Origin: an uncultured Burkholderiales bacterium
Lineage (GTDB): Bacteria > Pseudomonadota > Gammaproteobacteria > Burkholderiales > Burkholderiaceae_C
Direction: 5' to 3'
Assembly: GCA_966211105.1 (NCBI GenBank)
Contig: CBIHMU010000014.1
Span: forward strand, 18,032 to 82,031
Length of the DNA stretch: 64,000 bases
The notes under the pieces were generated by a model. That model worked only from the letters and a program-made list of their open reading frames with translations. It was not told the DNA's origin and ran no database searches. How positions within the stretch are numbered: position 1 is the first letter of the stretch; every line of letters starts with the position of its first letter. Positions 30,001-39,022 of this stretch are shown piece after piece. The translations under genes were made by a program, and so were the position numbers.

Positions 30001-30235
30001 TGCCCAGCCACAGGTAGCCGTCGGTGGTCTGGGCGATCGCCATCACCGGGCCCGCCATGCCGTCCTTCAGCGTCCAGCTCGTGTGCTGCAGGTGCGCGAG
30101 CGGCTGCTCGGAGGGCGTCGACGATTGCGCGTGCGCAGGCGCCGCGGTCATCGCCACGGCGCCGGCAAGGACGAGGAGGGCGGCGAGTGCGAGGGCGTGA
30201 AGACGGGAACGGGGCGGCGCGGCGGGGAGACTCAC
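27098..30235 (-). CDS. Sensor histidine kinase with periplasmic beta-propeller (Reg_prop / Y_Y_Y) and HisKA_3-HATPase core, ~1045 aa
   Basis: Signal peptide; repeated DGxLWxGT blades; YTNLGPGTYDFRVQA; RERIARDLHDTLLQG; DDGVG, GHWGLSGMRERA. GTG start overlaps the upstream TGA (GTGA). Confidence 0.88.
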   Translation of the reverse strand: MSLPAAPPRSRLHALALAALLVLAGAVAMTAAPAHAQSSTPSEQPLAHLQHTSWTLKDGMAGPVMAIAQTTDGYLWLGTGAGLFRFDGVRFERFDTIAGESLPSRQVLSLFATKDNALWVGLLDGGAALVREGRVLHVDAADGPFVTSTRAFAQQADGTLWAATGRALLKRDGVRWTAVGPESGYDDGTGRAPPTMKVDVDGRGNVWAVTDRAVFVKAAASARFVATGGPSLGLSQLAIAPDGRAWTNDMSPADRGVAPLPVPGESPASAAAPRYPVPRSFFMPAFDRRGLLWYGALDGINRMDVSGTPAAAAASRQFFGTDKGLSGELVMRIFQDRDGAIWVGTNGGLDRFRGAAVDRVDLASRNTSIAMSTDGRGQLWIASGNTLQHRAPGDTAIERLPVDPEMETFTSVHVDGGGRVWVGGRTGLWRQEGGRFVLLPTPDGQPWMAAVFEITEDADGAIWFCGNRYGLMRYAGGRVTRLFGSEGFPRKGPQAIGRDAQGRIWVGYGDGSLLRREGGSTIALTPADGLKIGSIKVITQQGGHLWVGGERGVQLVSAPGLPVLRLADADALDGVSGIVETPEGELWLNGANGITRLQADEVRRALAAAPGSEGRPTGRRFSLDDGLSGRAEQSWPLRTAARTPDGLLWFTLSNGLVRIDPARLPKDPAPAPAVDVQQLSVRGAPVVRPATKDALRLAPGTRDLEIAYTAISLAQPERTRFRYQLIGQDRDWQDAGTRRRAFYTNLGPGTYDFRVQASQDGGPWSTTPAMLRFEIAPTLTQTGWFRAAAVLVGLATLGALAALRARRRRLHEQERLAARVQERERIARDLHDTLLQGVYGLILRFEAIARRLPGTERAAMERVLTDADALLVESRDRVTDLRLPPPDANRLEQTLEALGRELSHTHGAAFALGVEGAPRALAPALSASLCLIAREAIFNAFQHAQAQHIQVTLRYDEANFMLFVRDDGVGVPDEVQDRGGRPGHWGLSGMRERAELAGIAYRLVSHVGVGTEVELSAPAARAYDLSDGAAPRSSRASWWRRRRRP

Positions 30236-31644
30236 ACCACCCGCCCCGGATTGAGCAGGCCGCGCGGATCCAGCGCCTGCTTGATCTGCCGCATCAGCTG
30301 CATCGCCACCGGGCTCTTGCGCTGCGCGAGCTCGTCGCGCTTGAGCTGCCCGATCCCGTGCTCGGCGGAGATGGACCCGCCGTGCGCCGCCACCTGGTCG
30401 TAGACGACGGCGTTGACCGCGGCCTCGTGTTCGCGCAGGAAGTCGGCGGCCGCGACGCCTTCCGGCGCCTGGAGGTTGTAGTGCAGGTTGCCGTCGCCCA
30501 GATGGCCGAAGTCCACCAGCCGCGAGCCGGGAAACTGCTCCCCCAGCAACGCGTCGCAGCGCTCGACGAAGTCCGGGATGCGCGACACCGGCAGCGCGAT
30601 GTCGTGCTTGATGTTCAGGCCTTCCTCGCTCTGCGCCAGCGGGATGGACTCGCGCAGGTGCCACATCGCCTGGCTCTGCGACAGGCTCTCCGCCACCGCC
30701 GCGTCGTCGATCGCGCCGCGTTCGAGCGCTTCCTCGAGCAGGCCTTCGAACTGCGCGCGGGCATGTTCCTCGCCTTCGCTGTCCGACAGCTCCAGCAGCA
30801 CCGTCCACGGTCGCGGCCCGAGCGGCTGCGTCAACTGCGGGAAGTGCTTGCGGACCAGCGCCAGCGACAGCGCGTTCATCACCTCGAAACCGGTCAGCGC
30901 CGCGCCGCAGCGCGATCGCGCCAGATCCAGCAAGCGCACCGCGTCGCGCAGCGAGCCGCAGGCGGCCAGGGCCGTCATCCGCGCGCGCGGCAGCGGATGC
31001 AGCTTCAGTGTTGCCGCGGTGATCACGCCCAGCGTGCCTTCGGACCCGATGAACAGGTCGCGCAGGTCGTAGCCGGTGTTGTCCTTGCGCAGCGCCGACA
31101 GCCCGTCCCAGACCGTGCCGTCGGCGGTCACGACTTCCAGGCCCAGGCACAGCTCGCGCGCGTTGCCGTAGCGCAGCACCTGTGTGCCGCCGGCGTTCGT
31201 CGCGAGGTTGCCGCCGATCGTGCAGCTGCCTTCGGCGGCGAGGCTGAGCGGGAACAGCCAGCCCGCCTCGCGCGCAGCCTGCTGGACGCTCTCCAACACG
31301 CAGCCGGCCTCGACCGTCATCGTCAGGTTGGAGGGATCGATCTGGCGCACGCGGTTCAGCCGCTGCAGGCTGAGCAGCAGCTGCGTCCCCGAGTCGTCCG
31401 GGACGCCGCCGCCGACCAGCCCCGTGTTGCCGCCTTGCGGCACCAGCGGCACGCCGTGTTCGCGGGCGAGCATCACGACCGCGGCGACCTGCGCCGTGTC
31501 GGCCGGGCGGACCACCGCCAGCGCGCGTCCCAGGTAGCGCTTGCGCCAGTCGCGCTCATAACCGGACAGATCGTGTTCGGCCGGCAGCAGCACGTGCGCG
31601 TCGCCCAGCGCCGCGCGCAACGCGTCGATCAGGGCGGCGGTCAT
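30232..31644 (-). CDS. FAD-binding oxidoreductase (D-2-hydroxyglutarate / D-lactate dehydrogenase-like)
   Basis: PQGGNTGLVGG, GGNLATNAGG, GSEGTLG, GHLGDGNLH, SAEHGIG. Confidence 0.92.
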   Translation of the reverse strand: MTAALIDALRAALGDAHVLLPAEHDLSGYERDWRKRYLGRALAVVRPADTAQVAAVVMLAREHGVPLVPQGGNTGLVGGGVPDDSGTQLLLSLQRLNRVRQIDPSNLTMTVEAGCVLESVQQAAREAGWLFPLSLAAEGSCTIGGNLATNAGGTQVLRYGNARELCLGLEVVTADGTVWDGLSALRKDNTGYDLRDLFIGSEGTLGVITAATLKLHPLPRARMTALAACGSLRDAVRLLDLARSRCGAALTGFEVMNALSLALVRKHFPQLTQPLGPRPWTVLLELSDSEGEEHARAQFEGLLEEALERGAIDDAAVAESLSQSQAMWHLRESIPLAQSEEGLNIKHDIALPVSRIPDFVERCDALLGEQFPGSRLVDFGHLGDGNLHYNLQAPEGVAAADFLREHEAAVNAVVYDQVAAHGGSISAEHGIGQLKRDELAQRKSPVAMQLMRQIKQALDPRGLLNPGRVV

Positions 31645-32132
31645 CCGACGTCCTTCGTCAAGGCGTCGGCCCGTCGGGCTTCGGCCAGCCGCTGCCGGAT
31701 CTGTGCGGCGCAGGCGACGAAGATCGTCACCGAGAGCACCACCTCGACCCACGCGAGCGCCATGCCCAGACCGCCTTCGGACGTCCCGCGCACCAGGCCT
31801 TCGGTCACGTAGAGCCAGATCATCAGGCTGAGCCAGCGATAGGTGTACATGCGATAGCGCCACAGGCCGGGCAGCGGCAGCAGCAGCGGCAGGGCCTTGA
31901 TCGCGAGCGTGCCGCGTCCGGTCGGCGCGAGCCAGAGCTCCCAGGCCAGGCACACCAGCGCCAGCGCCAGCGTGGCGAAGAACGCCAGCTGCCGGCTGCC
32001 GCGTTCGCGCGAGGTCGGCGCCGAGCGGGCGGACGGGGCGGACGGTGCGGACGAGGAGGGCGGTCCCGACCTCCCGGGAGGGGCCGAGGGGGCGGCGTCG
32101 AGGCTTGACATGGCTGGCATCATAGCCAGCAT
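31641..32132 (-). CDS. DUF2069-family membrane protein (start uncertain, 32111-32132)
   Basis: WELWLAP...KALPLLLPLPG...YTYRWLSL pattern; overlaps the FAD oxidase start. Confidence 0.75.
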   Translation of the reverse strand: MLAMMPAMSSLDAAPSAPPGRSGPPSSSAPSAPSARSAPTSRERGSRQLAFFATLALALVCLAWELWLAPTGRGTLAIKALPLLLPLPGLWRYRMYTYRWLSLMIWLYVTEGLVRGTSEGGLGMALAWVEVVLSVTIFVACAAQIRQRLAEARRADALTKDVG

Positions 32133-33438
32133 GATCAGTGAAGTTCAGGCGCAGACGCAGAGCTGGCGCGAGGGAATCCGGGAGCTCGGACGCGAGCTGT
32201 TGACGTGGCCGTACGCCCGCACGCTGCGCCTTTTCGTGCAGCGCTTCCGCGAGGAGCGCCTGGGCCTGACCGCCGGCAGCCTGACCTTCACCACGCTGAT
32301 CTCGCTGGTGCCGCTGCTGACCGTCGCGCTGGCGCTGTTCACCGCGTTCCCGATGTTCTCCAGCTTCCAGTCCGCGCTGGAGAAGTACTTCCTCAAGTCG
32401 CTGATCCCCGACAACATCGCCCGCCCGGTGCTGATGTCGTTGACGCAGTTCGCGGCCAAGGCCAACCGGCTCGGCGTGGTCGGCCTGATCGTGCTGGCGG
32501 TGACGGCCTTGTCGCTGATGCTGACGATCGACCGCACGCTCAACCAGATCTGGCGCGTGCAGCGCCCGCGGCCGATCGCGCAGCGCGTGCTCGTCTACTG
32601 GGCCGCGCTGACGCTGGGGCCGCTGCTGCTGGGCGGCAGCCTGACGGTCACGAGCCTGCTGATCTCGGCCAGCCAGAACCTGGTCGACAACATGCCGCGC
32701 GGCCTCGTCGTGCTGCTCAACAGCGTGGACCTGCTGGTGCTGTGGGCGGCGATCGCCGGGCTCTTCCACTACGTGCCCAACACCGACGTGCGCTGGCGCC
32801 ACGCGCTGACCGGCGCGGCCTTCGTCGCCGTGGCCTTCCACCTGGCCAAGCTGGCGCTGGCCTGGTACGTGAAACAGGTGCCGACCTACTCGACGCTCTA
32901 CGGCGCGTTCGCGGCGGTGCCCATCTTCCTGATCTGGATCTACGTCGGCTGGGCCATCGTGCTGCTCGGCGCGATCCTGGCCGCGAACGCGCCCGCCCTG
33001 GCCGGCGGCGTCAGCGTGCGCGGCAACAAGCCGGGCATGCAGATGGCGCTGGCGCTGGACGTGATCCGTGAGCTCGACACGGCGCGCCTGGGAGGCGAAT
33101 CGGGACTGTCGATGCTCGGCCTGTCGCAGCGGATGTCGGTCGACCCGCTGCAGCTGGAGCCCGTCATCCAGCACCTGCAGAAGCTGGACTGGATCGGGCG
33201 TCTGGAAGAGGGGGGCGCCCAGCGCCTGGTGCTGCTGTGCGAGCCGTCCTCGACGGTCGCCGAGCCCCTCATCCGCCTGCTGCTGGCGGACCGCCAGCCC
33301 GGGCTGGCGGAACTGTGGGAGCAGGCCGGCTGGGAACAGACGACCGTCGGCGTGCTGATCGGGCGCGCGGCGCCCGACGGGATCCCCCTGTCCGCCGCGG
33401 CGGTCAGCGGACCTGCCGGCGCCGCGGTCGCCCTCTGA
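32131..33438 (+). CDS. YihY/BrkB family inner membrane protein with C-terminal extension
   Basis: AGSLTFTTLISLVP, TIDRTLNQIW, YSTLYGAFAAVP. Confidence 0.85.
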   Translation: MISEVQAQTQSWREGIRELGRELLTWPYARTLRLFVQRFREERLGLTAGSLTFTTLISLVPLLTVALALFTAFPMFSSFQSALEKYFLKSLIPDNIARPVLMSLTQFAAKANRLGVVGLIVLAVTALSLMLTIDRTLNQIWRVQRPRPIAQRVLVYWAALTLGPLLLGGSLTVTSLLISASQNLVDNMPRGLVVLLNSVDLLVLWAAIAGLFHYVPNTDVRWRHALTGAAFVAVAFHLAKLALAWYVKQVPTYSTLYGAFAAVPIFLIWIYVGWAIVLLGAILAANAPALAGGVSVRGNKPGMQMALALDVIRELDTARLGGESGLSMLGLSQRMSVDPLQLEPVIQHLQKLDWIGRLEEGGAQRLVLLCEPSSTVAEPLIRLLLADRQPGLAELWEQAGWEQTTVGVLIGRAAPDGIPLSAAAVSGPAGAAVAL

Positions 33439-33465
33439 CGTCGGCGGTGTCCTCGACGGCGTCCG

Positions 33466-33846
33466 CTAGCGCAGGTACATGAGGGCCGCGCCGCCGACCA
33501 CCGCCAGCAGCGCCGCCACCGAATAGATCGCGCGCCGGTACGGCGGCTTCGGTCTCGTCGCGCCGGTCGGTTTCATGCCGTACTTCGGCGTGGCGCCGAG
33601 CGGCAAAGCCGCCTTGTCGATCAGGGGGCTGGAGCGGTGCTCGCGCGCCCTTTGCTCCGCGACGCGCAGACGCGCGGATCCATCCAGCAGCTGGAGCTGC
33701 TTCGCCTGGGTTTCGGTGTCGATCGTGGCCGGTTGGGTCGGGGTGGGGATGTGGGGGTGCTTGTCTGAAAACGAGCGTTGCTGCATGTGGACTGCCTTGA
33801 CTGCAATACGCTCCCTCGCCTCCGCGAATCGACTGATTGTCGGCAT
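33466..33846 (-). CDS. Hypothetical protein with C-terminal TM anchor (start may be at 33786)
   Basis: ORF fills the gap; hydrophobic C-terminus IYSVAALLAVVGGAALMYLR. Confidence 0.5.
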   Translation of the reverse strand: MPTISRFAEARERIAVKAVHMQQRSFSDKHPHIPTPTQPATIDTETQAKQLQLLDGSARLRVAEQRAREHRSSPLIDKAALPLGATPKYGMKPTGATRPKPPYRRAIYSVAALLAVVGGAALMYLR

Positions 33847-33935
33847 CAGGTCGCGAGGGTCAAGTAACAGGAGGTGTGGGCGCTGGAAAGAAAAGCCGCG
33901 CGCCAGGCCTGACCGGGTCGCGCAGCGGCGTGTGT

Positions 33936-34514
33936 TCAGGCGTGCAGCACGACGAGCAGCGCCGTGGCCGCTTTCTTCGACAGGTTGCGGATCGCATGCG
34001 CGCCGTCGACCGCATAGCGCGCGGTCTCGCCCGTCTTGACCATCTGCCGGCTCCCACCGGCGGTCACCTCCAGCTCGCCGCCGAGCACGCTCAGGTGCTC
34101 GCGGGAGCCGGGTTCATGCGCCTCCGACTCCAGCGCGCCGCCCGGCTGCACGGTCAGCTCGTACCACTCGAAGTGGCCGGCCAGGTCGATGGGGCCGAGG
34201 ATCCGCAGCCGGCACAGGCCGTCCGGGCTCGACAGCCCCGGCGTCCCGTGCGACGCGACGATCTCGATCGGCGGCGCGGCAGGACGCTCGCCGCCCAGCA
34301 GCTCCGACAACTCCACCCGCAGCGCATTGGCCAGCCGCCACACCACCGCCACGGTGGGATTGGCCTGGTTGCGCTCGATCTGCGACAGCATCGACTTCGA
34401 CACGCCCGCTCTTCGCGACAGTTCGTCCAGCGACAGGCCCTGCGATTGCCGCAAGGCCTGCAGGGTCGCACCGACGCGCGGGGGTTCCAGTTTCTCGGCA
34501 GGCGTGGCGGACAT
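33936..34514 (-). CDS. XRE-family HTH plus cupin transcriptional regulator
   Basis: LSLDELSRRAGVSKSMLSQIERNQANPT; HEPGSREH cupin motif. Confidence 0.9.
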   Translation of the reverse strand: MSATPAEKLEPPRVGATLQALRQSQGLSLDELSRRAGVSKSMLSQIERNQANPTVAVVWRLANALRVELSELLGGERPAAPPIEIVASHGTPGLSSPDGLCRLRILGPIDLAGHFEWYELTVQPGGALESEAHEPGSREHLSVLGGELEVTAGGSRQMVKTGETARYAVDGAHAIRNLSKKAATALLVVLHA

Positions 34515-34530
34515 CGGCGGCGGCTGTTGG

Positions 34531-34560
34531 GGAAAGTTCGGGAAAGTTCGGGAAAGTTCG
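34531..34560. repeat. 10-bp tandem repeat x3 upstream of the XRE regulator
   Basis: GGAAAGTTCG x3, followed by degenerate copies. Confidence 0.85.
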
Positions 34561-34642
34561 GCGAAAGCAGGGAATTCGGCTAGCGTTCCAGCGGGCGTCG
34601 ACGCCTTGACCGGCTGCGGCGCTTCCTTGATACTGCACGGCT

Positions 34643-34676
34643 GTTCGATATAACGAACGCGTTCGATTTAACGGAT
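34643..34676. promoter_or_regulatory. Candidate tandem palindromic operator upstream of kbl
   Basis: GTTCG-ATATAA-CGAAC followed 18 bp later by GTTCG-ATTTAA-CGGAT, just upstream of the kbl RBS. Confidence 0.5.
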
Positions 34677-34695
34677 TGTGCCGCAGGAGCACCGC

Positions 34696-35937
<1,242 letters not shown>

Positions 35938-35996
35938 GCGGCATCGCAAGCAGCCGCCTGAAAGCAGCCTGAGAGCAGTCTGAAAAGTAGATCCCC

Positions 35997-36935
35997 ATGA
36001 CGAAGATCCTGTTGATCGGCGCGAACGGCCAGATCGGTTCCGAACTGGCGGTGGAGCTCGCGAAGCGCCACGGCAATGCCAACGTGATCACCAGCGACGT
36101 GGCGCCGCAGGGCCGCGTGCCGCAGCTGACGCACGAGATGCTGGACGTGACGGACGCGGCCGCGCTGGCGGCGGTGGTCAAGCGCCACGGCATCACGCAG
36201 ATCTACCACCTGGCGGCGGCGCTGTCGGCCACGGGCGAGAAGCACCCGATGTGGGCCTGGGACCTGAACATGAAGGGCCTGCTCAACGTGCTGGAGCTGG
36301 CGCGCACGGTGAAGCTGGAGCGCGTGTTCTGGCCGAGCTCGATCGCGGCCTTCGGTCCGCAGACCCCCAAGCGCGACACGCCGCAGACCACGGCGATGGA
36401 CCCGTCGACGATCTACGGCATCTCCAAGCTGGCCGGCGAGGGCTGGTGCCGCTGGTACCACGCCAACCACGGCGTGGACGTGCGCAGCCTGCGCTACCCG
36501 GGCCTGATCAGCTGGAAGACGCCCCCGGGCGGCGGCACGACCGACTACGCGGTCGAGATCTTTCACGAGGCGCTCAAGCAGGGCCGCTACACCTGCTTCC
36601 TGAAGGAAGACCAGGCGCTGCCGATGATGTACATGCCCGACGCGCTGCGCGCGACGCTGGAGCTGATGGAAGCGCCGGCCGAGCGGATCACCGAGTGGGG
36701 CAGCTACAACCTGGCGGGCGTGAGCTTCACGCCGGCGCAGATCGCCGCATCCATCCGCCGCCGCATCGCGGGCTTCACGATCGACTACGCGCCGGACTTC
36801 CGCCAGAACATCGCGGCGAGCTGGCCGCAGTCGATCGACGACTCGGTCGCGCAACGCGACTGGGGCTGGAAGCTCGGCTACGACCTGGACGCGATGGCGG
36901 ACGACATGCTGGCGTCGTTGCAGGCGCAGGGCTGA
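35997..36935 (+). CDS. tdh: L-threonine 3-dehydrogenase, SDR/epimerase type
   Basis: GANGQIG, YGISK, GGGTTDYAVEIF; directly follows kbl. Confidence 0.85.
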   Translation: MTKILLIGANGQIGSELAVELAKRHGNANVITSDVAPQGRVPQLTHEMLDVTDAAALAAVVKRHGITQIYHLAAALSATGEKHPMWAWDLNMKGLLNVLELARTVKLERVFWPSSIAAFGPQTPKRDTPQTTAMDPSTIYGISKLAGEGWCRWYHANHGVDVRSLRYPGLISWKTPPGGGTTDYAVEIFHEALKQGRYTCFLKEDQALPMMYMPDALRATLELMEAPAERITEWGSYNLAGVSFTPAQIAASIRRRIAGFTIDYAPDFRQNIAASWPQSIDDSVAQRDWGWKLGYDLDAMADDMLASLQAQG

Positions 36936-37388
36936 TCAGGACTGCGTGGGCTGCGATGACACTTCCGCTGCCGAGCTTGCGAGCACGGTCTCATAGTCTC
37001 GGTAGGGGATTTCCGGCTCGACCAGATCCATGCCTGAAAAGTCCAGGTCGAAGCCTTCCTGATCCGAGTCTTCGTTATCGGAACTGGGCGTCGCGTGCTG
37101 ATCGATCTCCTCCGCGTGAGAGGCGCTGGGAGATTGAAGCTGACCGGTACGCGCCAGCGTGGCGACGTGACGCTGCGTCAGCGACGCGGGATTGTCACGT
37201 GCGTCCAGGACCAATCCTCTGGAAGAAGGCGACCCTCGAAGCGCGAGTGCCAGAGCATCTCGATCTCGCGGCCCGTTGTGGGTGGCGCCATCGGGCGAAG
37301 CGTCTGACAGGCTGCCAGCTTGCGCGGGGGAAGGTGCTGTCGCGTCATGATCATGCAAGGCGGTGTGCGTAGAGGCTGTGATCTTCAT
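36936..37388 (-). CDS. Hypothetical Ser/Pro/acid-rich, probably disordered protein
   Basis: 150-aa ORF in an AT-richer gap; no family recognised. Confidence 0.35.
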   Translation of the reverse strand: MKITASTHTALHDHDATAPSPAQAGSLSDASPDGATHNGPRDRDALALALRGSPSSRGLVLDARDNPASLTQRHVATLARTGQLQSPSASHAEEIDQHATPSSDNEDSDQEGFDLDFSGMDLVEPEIPYRDYETVLASSAAEVSSQPTQS

Positions 37389-37546
37389 CGGTGCAGGCTT
37401 TCGGTTGCGAATCGGAAATGCCGCTCATCGAACTGTCGATGTGTCGGCGGAGAAAGCGATTGGTGGCATGAAGCTTCCCGCGGGTTCCGGCGAGACAATG
37501 GCGCCGCTTCGTCCCGTTGTTCCGGTTGTTCCCGATGAATGCACGC

Positions 37547-38233
37547 ATGTCCCGACTCGCCACCGAATTCCAACGTCTCTATGCCGCCGGTCCTGAAGGA
37601 TCGGTGCGCGCGCTTGTGCTCGACGTCGGGCGCCCTTCCGATTGGGAGCTGATCGGCGCCGCCTGGCGCGGCGTTCAGCTCAACCTGTCGCTGCCCGCGC
37701 CGGGCATCGCCATCGCGGGAGAAAACAGCTATCAGCTGTGGTTCTCGCTTCAGCAAGGCTGTACGCCGGAGGAGGCGAGGGCCTTCTTCGATGGCCTGAA
37801 AGCGCGCTACCTGGGCGGCGTCGCCGCGCCACGAATCCGTTGCCTGACGGAGCCTCCAGCGGTGCCGAGCGAGGTCAATGAAGGGCAATGGTCCGCGTTC
37901 GTCGCGCCCGATCTCGCGCCGGTGTTCGTCGAGGCGACGTGGCTCGACATTCCGCCGGGCGTGGAAGGGCAGGCGGACCTGCTGAAGTCGCTGAAGAGCA
38001 TCGCGCGTCAGGAGTGGCTGGCCGCGCTGGAGCAACTCGCGCTGCCGGCAGCGCAAGACCTGGCCCCCGCGGTCACAACGCAGTCGCCCGAGGTCTTGCC
38101 GCTGGCCTCCTATTCGCCGGCTACCGGCTTCAGCGACCCGCGCGCGTTCCTGCTGCAGGTCATGAACGATGCGACCGTGCCGATGGCATTGAGGATCGAG
38201 GCGGCGAAGGCGTTGCTCCCTGCCAAAGAGTAG
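37547..38233 (+). CDS. Conserved hypothetical protein
   Basis: Coherent ORF (LPAPGIAIAG..YQLWFSL; WSAFVAPDLAP; FLLQVMND..RIEAAKALLP). Confidence 0.65.
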   Translation: MSRLATEFQRLYAAGPEGSVRALVLDVGRPSDWELIGAAWRGVQLNLSLPAPGIAIAGENSYQLWFSLQQGCTPEEARAFFDGLKARYLGGVAAPRIRCLTEPPAVPSEVNEGQWSAFVAPDLAPVFVEATWLDIPPGVEGQADLLKSLKSIARQEWLAALEQLALPAAQDLAPAVTTQSPEVLPLASYSPATGFSDPRAFLLQVMNDATVPMALRIEAAKALLPAKE

Positions 38234-38341
38234 ATTTGACTCTTATGGGGAGTGAACTTGGCGACATTCACATGCAAAGGCCAATGACGATTGCAATGCG
38301 ACCAGACAAAGTGGCTGCCTTCCTTCCCGGAGGTGCCACAT

Positions 38342-38791
38342 ATGTCTCCCGTCGTCGCCGCATCGCAAGCCATGGTCTCGCCCGCGGACCTCTATATCCT
38401 CGACGTCACCCAGTTCTCGAAGGATTTTTATCGGATGGGGAACGGGACGTGGCCCCTGTTCACTGACGAACGCGCGCGCATCGATGTCGCCGTCTCGGTG
38501 CAGAACGAGGTGGAGGTTGTGGTCGCCGATGGCAATGGGTTCTCTGCTTTCGACACCATCATTCCTGCGATGCGGCAGCAGGGGCGCAAGGTCTGGCGCA
38601 TCATGAAGGGCGCCGTGATTCCTCCGGAACTTGTTCTGGTGAAGGATCTGCGCCCCAACCACGCGGGGCACTACGTGATCGCGCCGGCCACGACGATGCC
38701 GTTGAAGAAATATCTTGGCGCCCTGGAGGAGCTCGGCATGGATCGCAACCGAGTTCAACTCATCGTTGAAGGAGATTCAGATGCCCGTTAG
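38342..38791 (+). CDS. Tse2-like ADP-ribosyltransferase-fold toxin (149 aa)
   Basis: GGAGG RBS then ATG. FYR, GFSAFD, KGAVIPPELVLVKD, HYVIAPATTM align by eye with the R/S/H motifs of P. aeruginosa Tse2. Confidence 0.75.
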   Translation: MSPVVAASQAMVSPADLYILDVTQFSKDFYRMGNGTWPLFTDERARIDVAVSVQNEVEVVVADGNGFSAFDTIIPAMRQQGRKVWRIMKGAVIPPELVLVKDLRPNHAGHYVIAPATTMPLKKYLGALEELGMDRNRVQLIVEGDSDAR

Positions 38792-38984
38792 GTTCATCGT
38801 CAGCGAATACAACCTGCTGTGGGAGGCGCTGAGGCACTATCGGCAGCACTTGGCGCATGTTTCGGCGAGTTCGTCGGATGAAGACGAGCAACTGCTCGTG
38901 GATGAGAACCTCGTCAAGCTCGACGGCATGTTCAAGGATGTGCAGATGGCCGCCAAACAGGACTGGGGCCTGAACCTGAAGTGA
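38781..38984 (+). CDS. Small acidic helical protein, putative Tsi2-like immunity protein (67 aa)
   Basis: GGAG RBS; overlaps the toxin stop by 11 bp; DEDEQLLV recalls Tsi2 ELEQLLV. Confidence 0.65.
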   Translation: MPVRFIVSEYNLLWEALRHYRQHLAHVSASSSDEDEQLLVDENLVKLDGMFKDVQMAAKQDWGLNLK

Positions 38985-39022
38985 CCGTCGTTGCTCAACG
39001 TTGATCCGGAACACCAACCACT

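Noticed and set aside
23355-30403. 1530-aa and 1694-aa ORFs overlapping the RND and kinase genes
   Set aside because: Alternative-frame artefacts of high GC; no motifs.
27098-33174. 1350-aa and 980-aa ORF-track calls
   Set aside because: Over-extended upstream; the true genes start at 30235 (GTG) and 31644 (ATG) judging by domain boundaries and stop/start overlaps.
37408-37432. PIP/hrpII-box-like TTCG...TTCG upstream of the 150-aa ORF
   Set aside because: Spacing is N17 rather than N16, and it is too close to the ATG to leave room for a -10 element.
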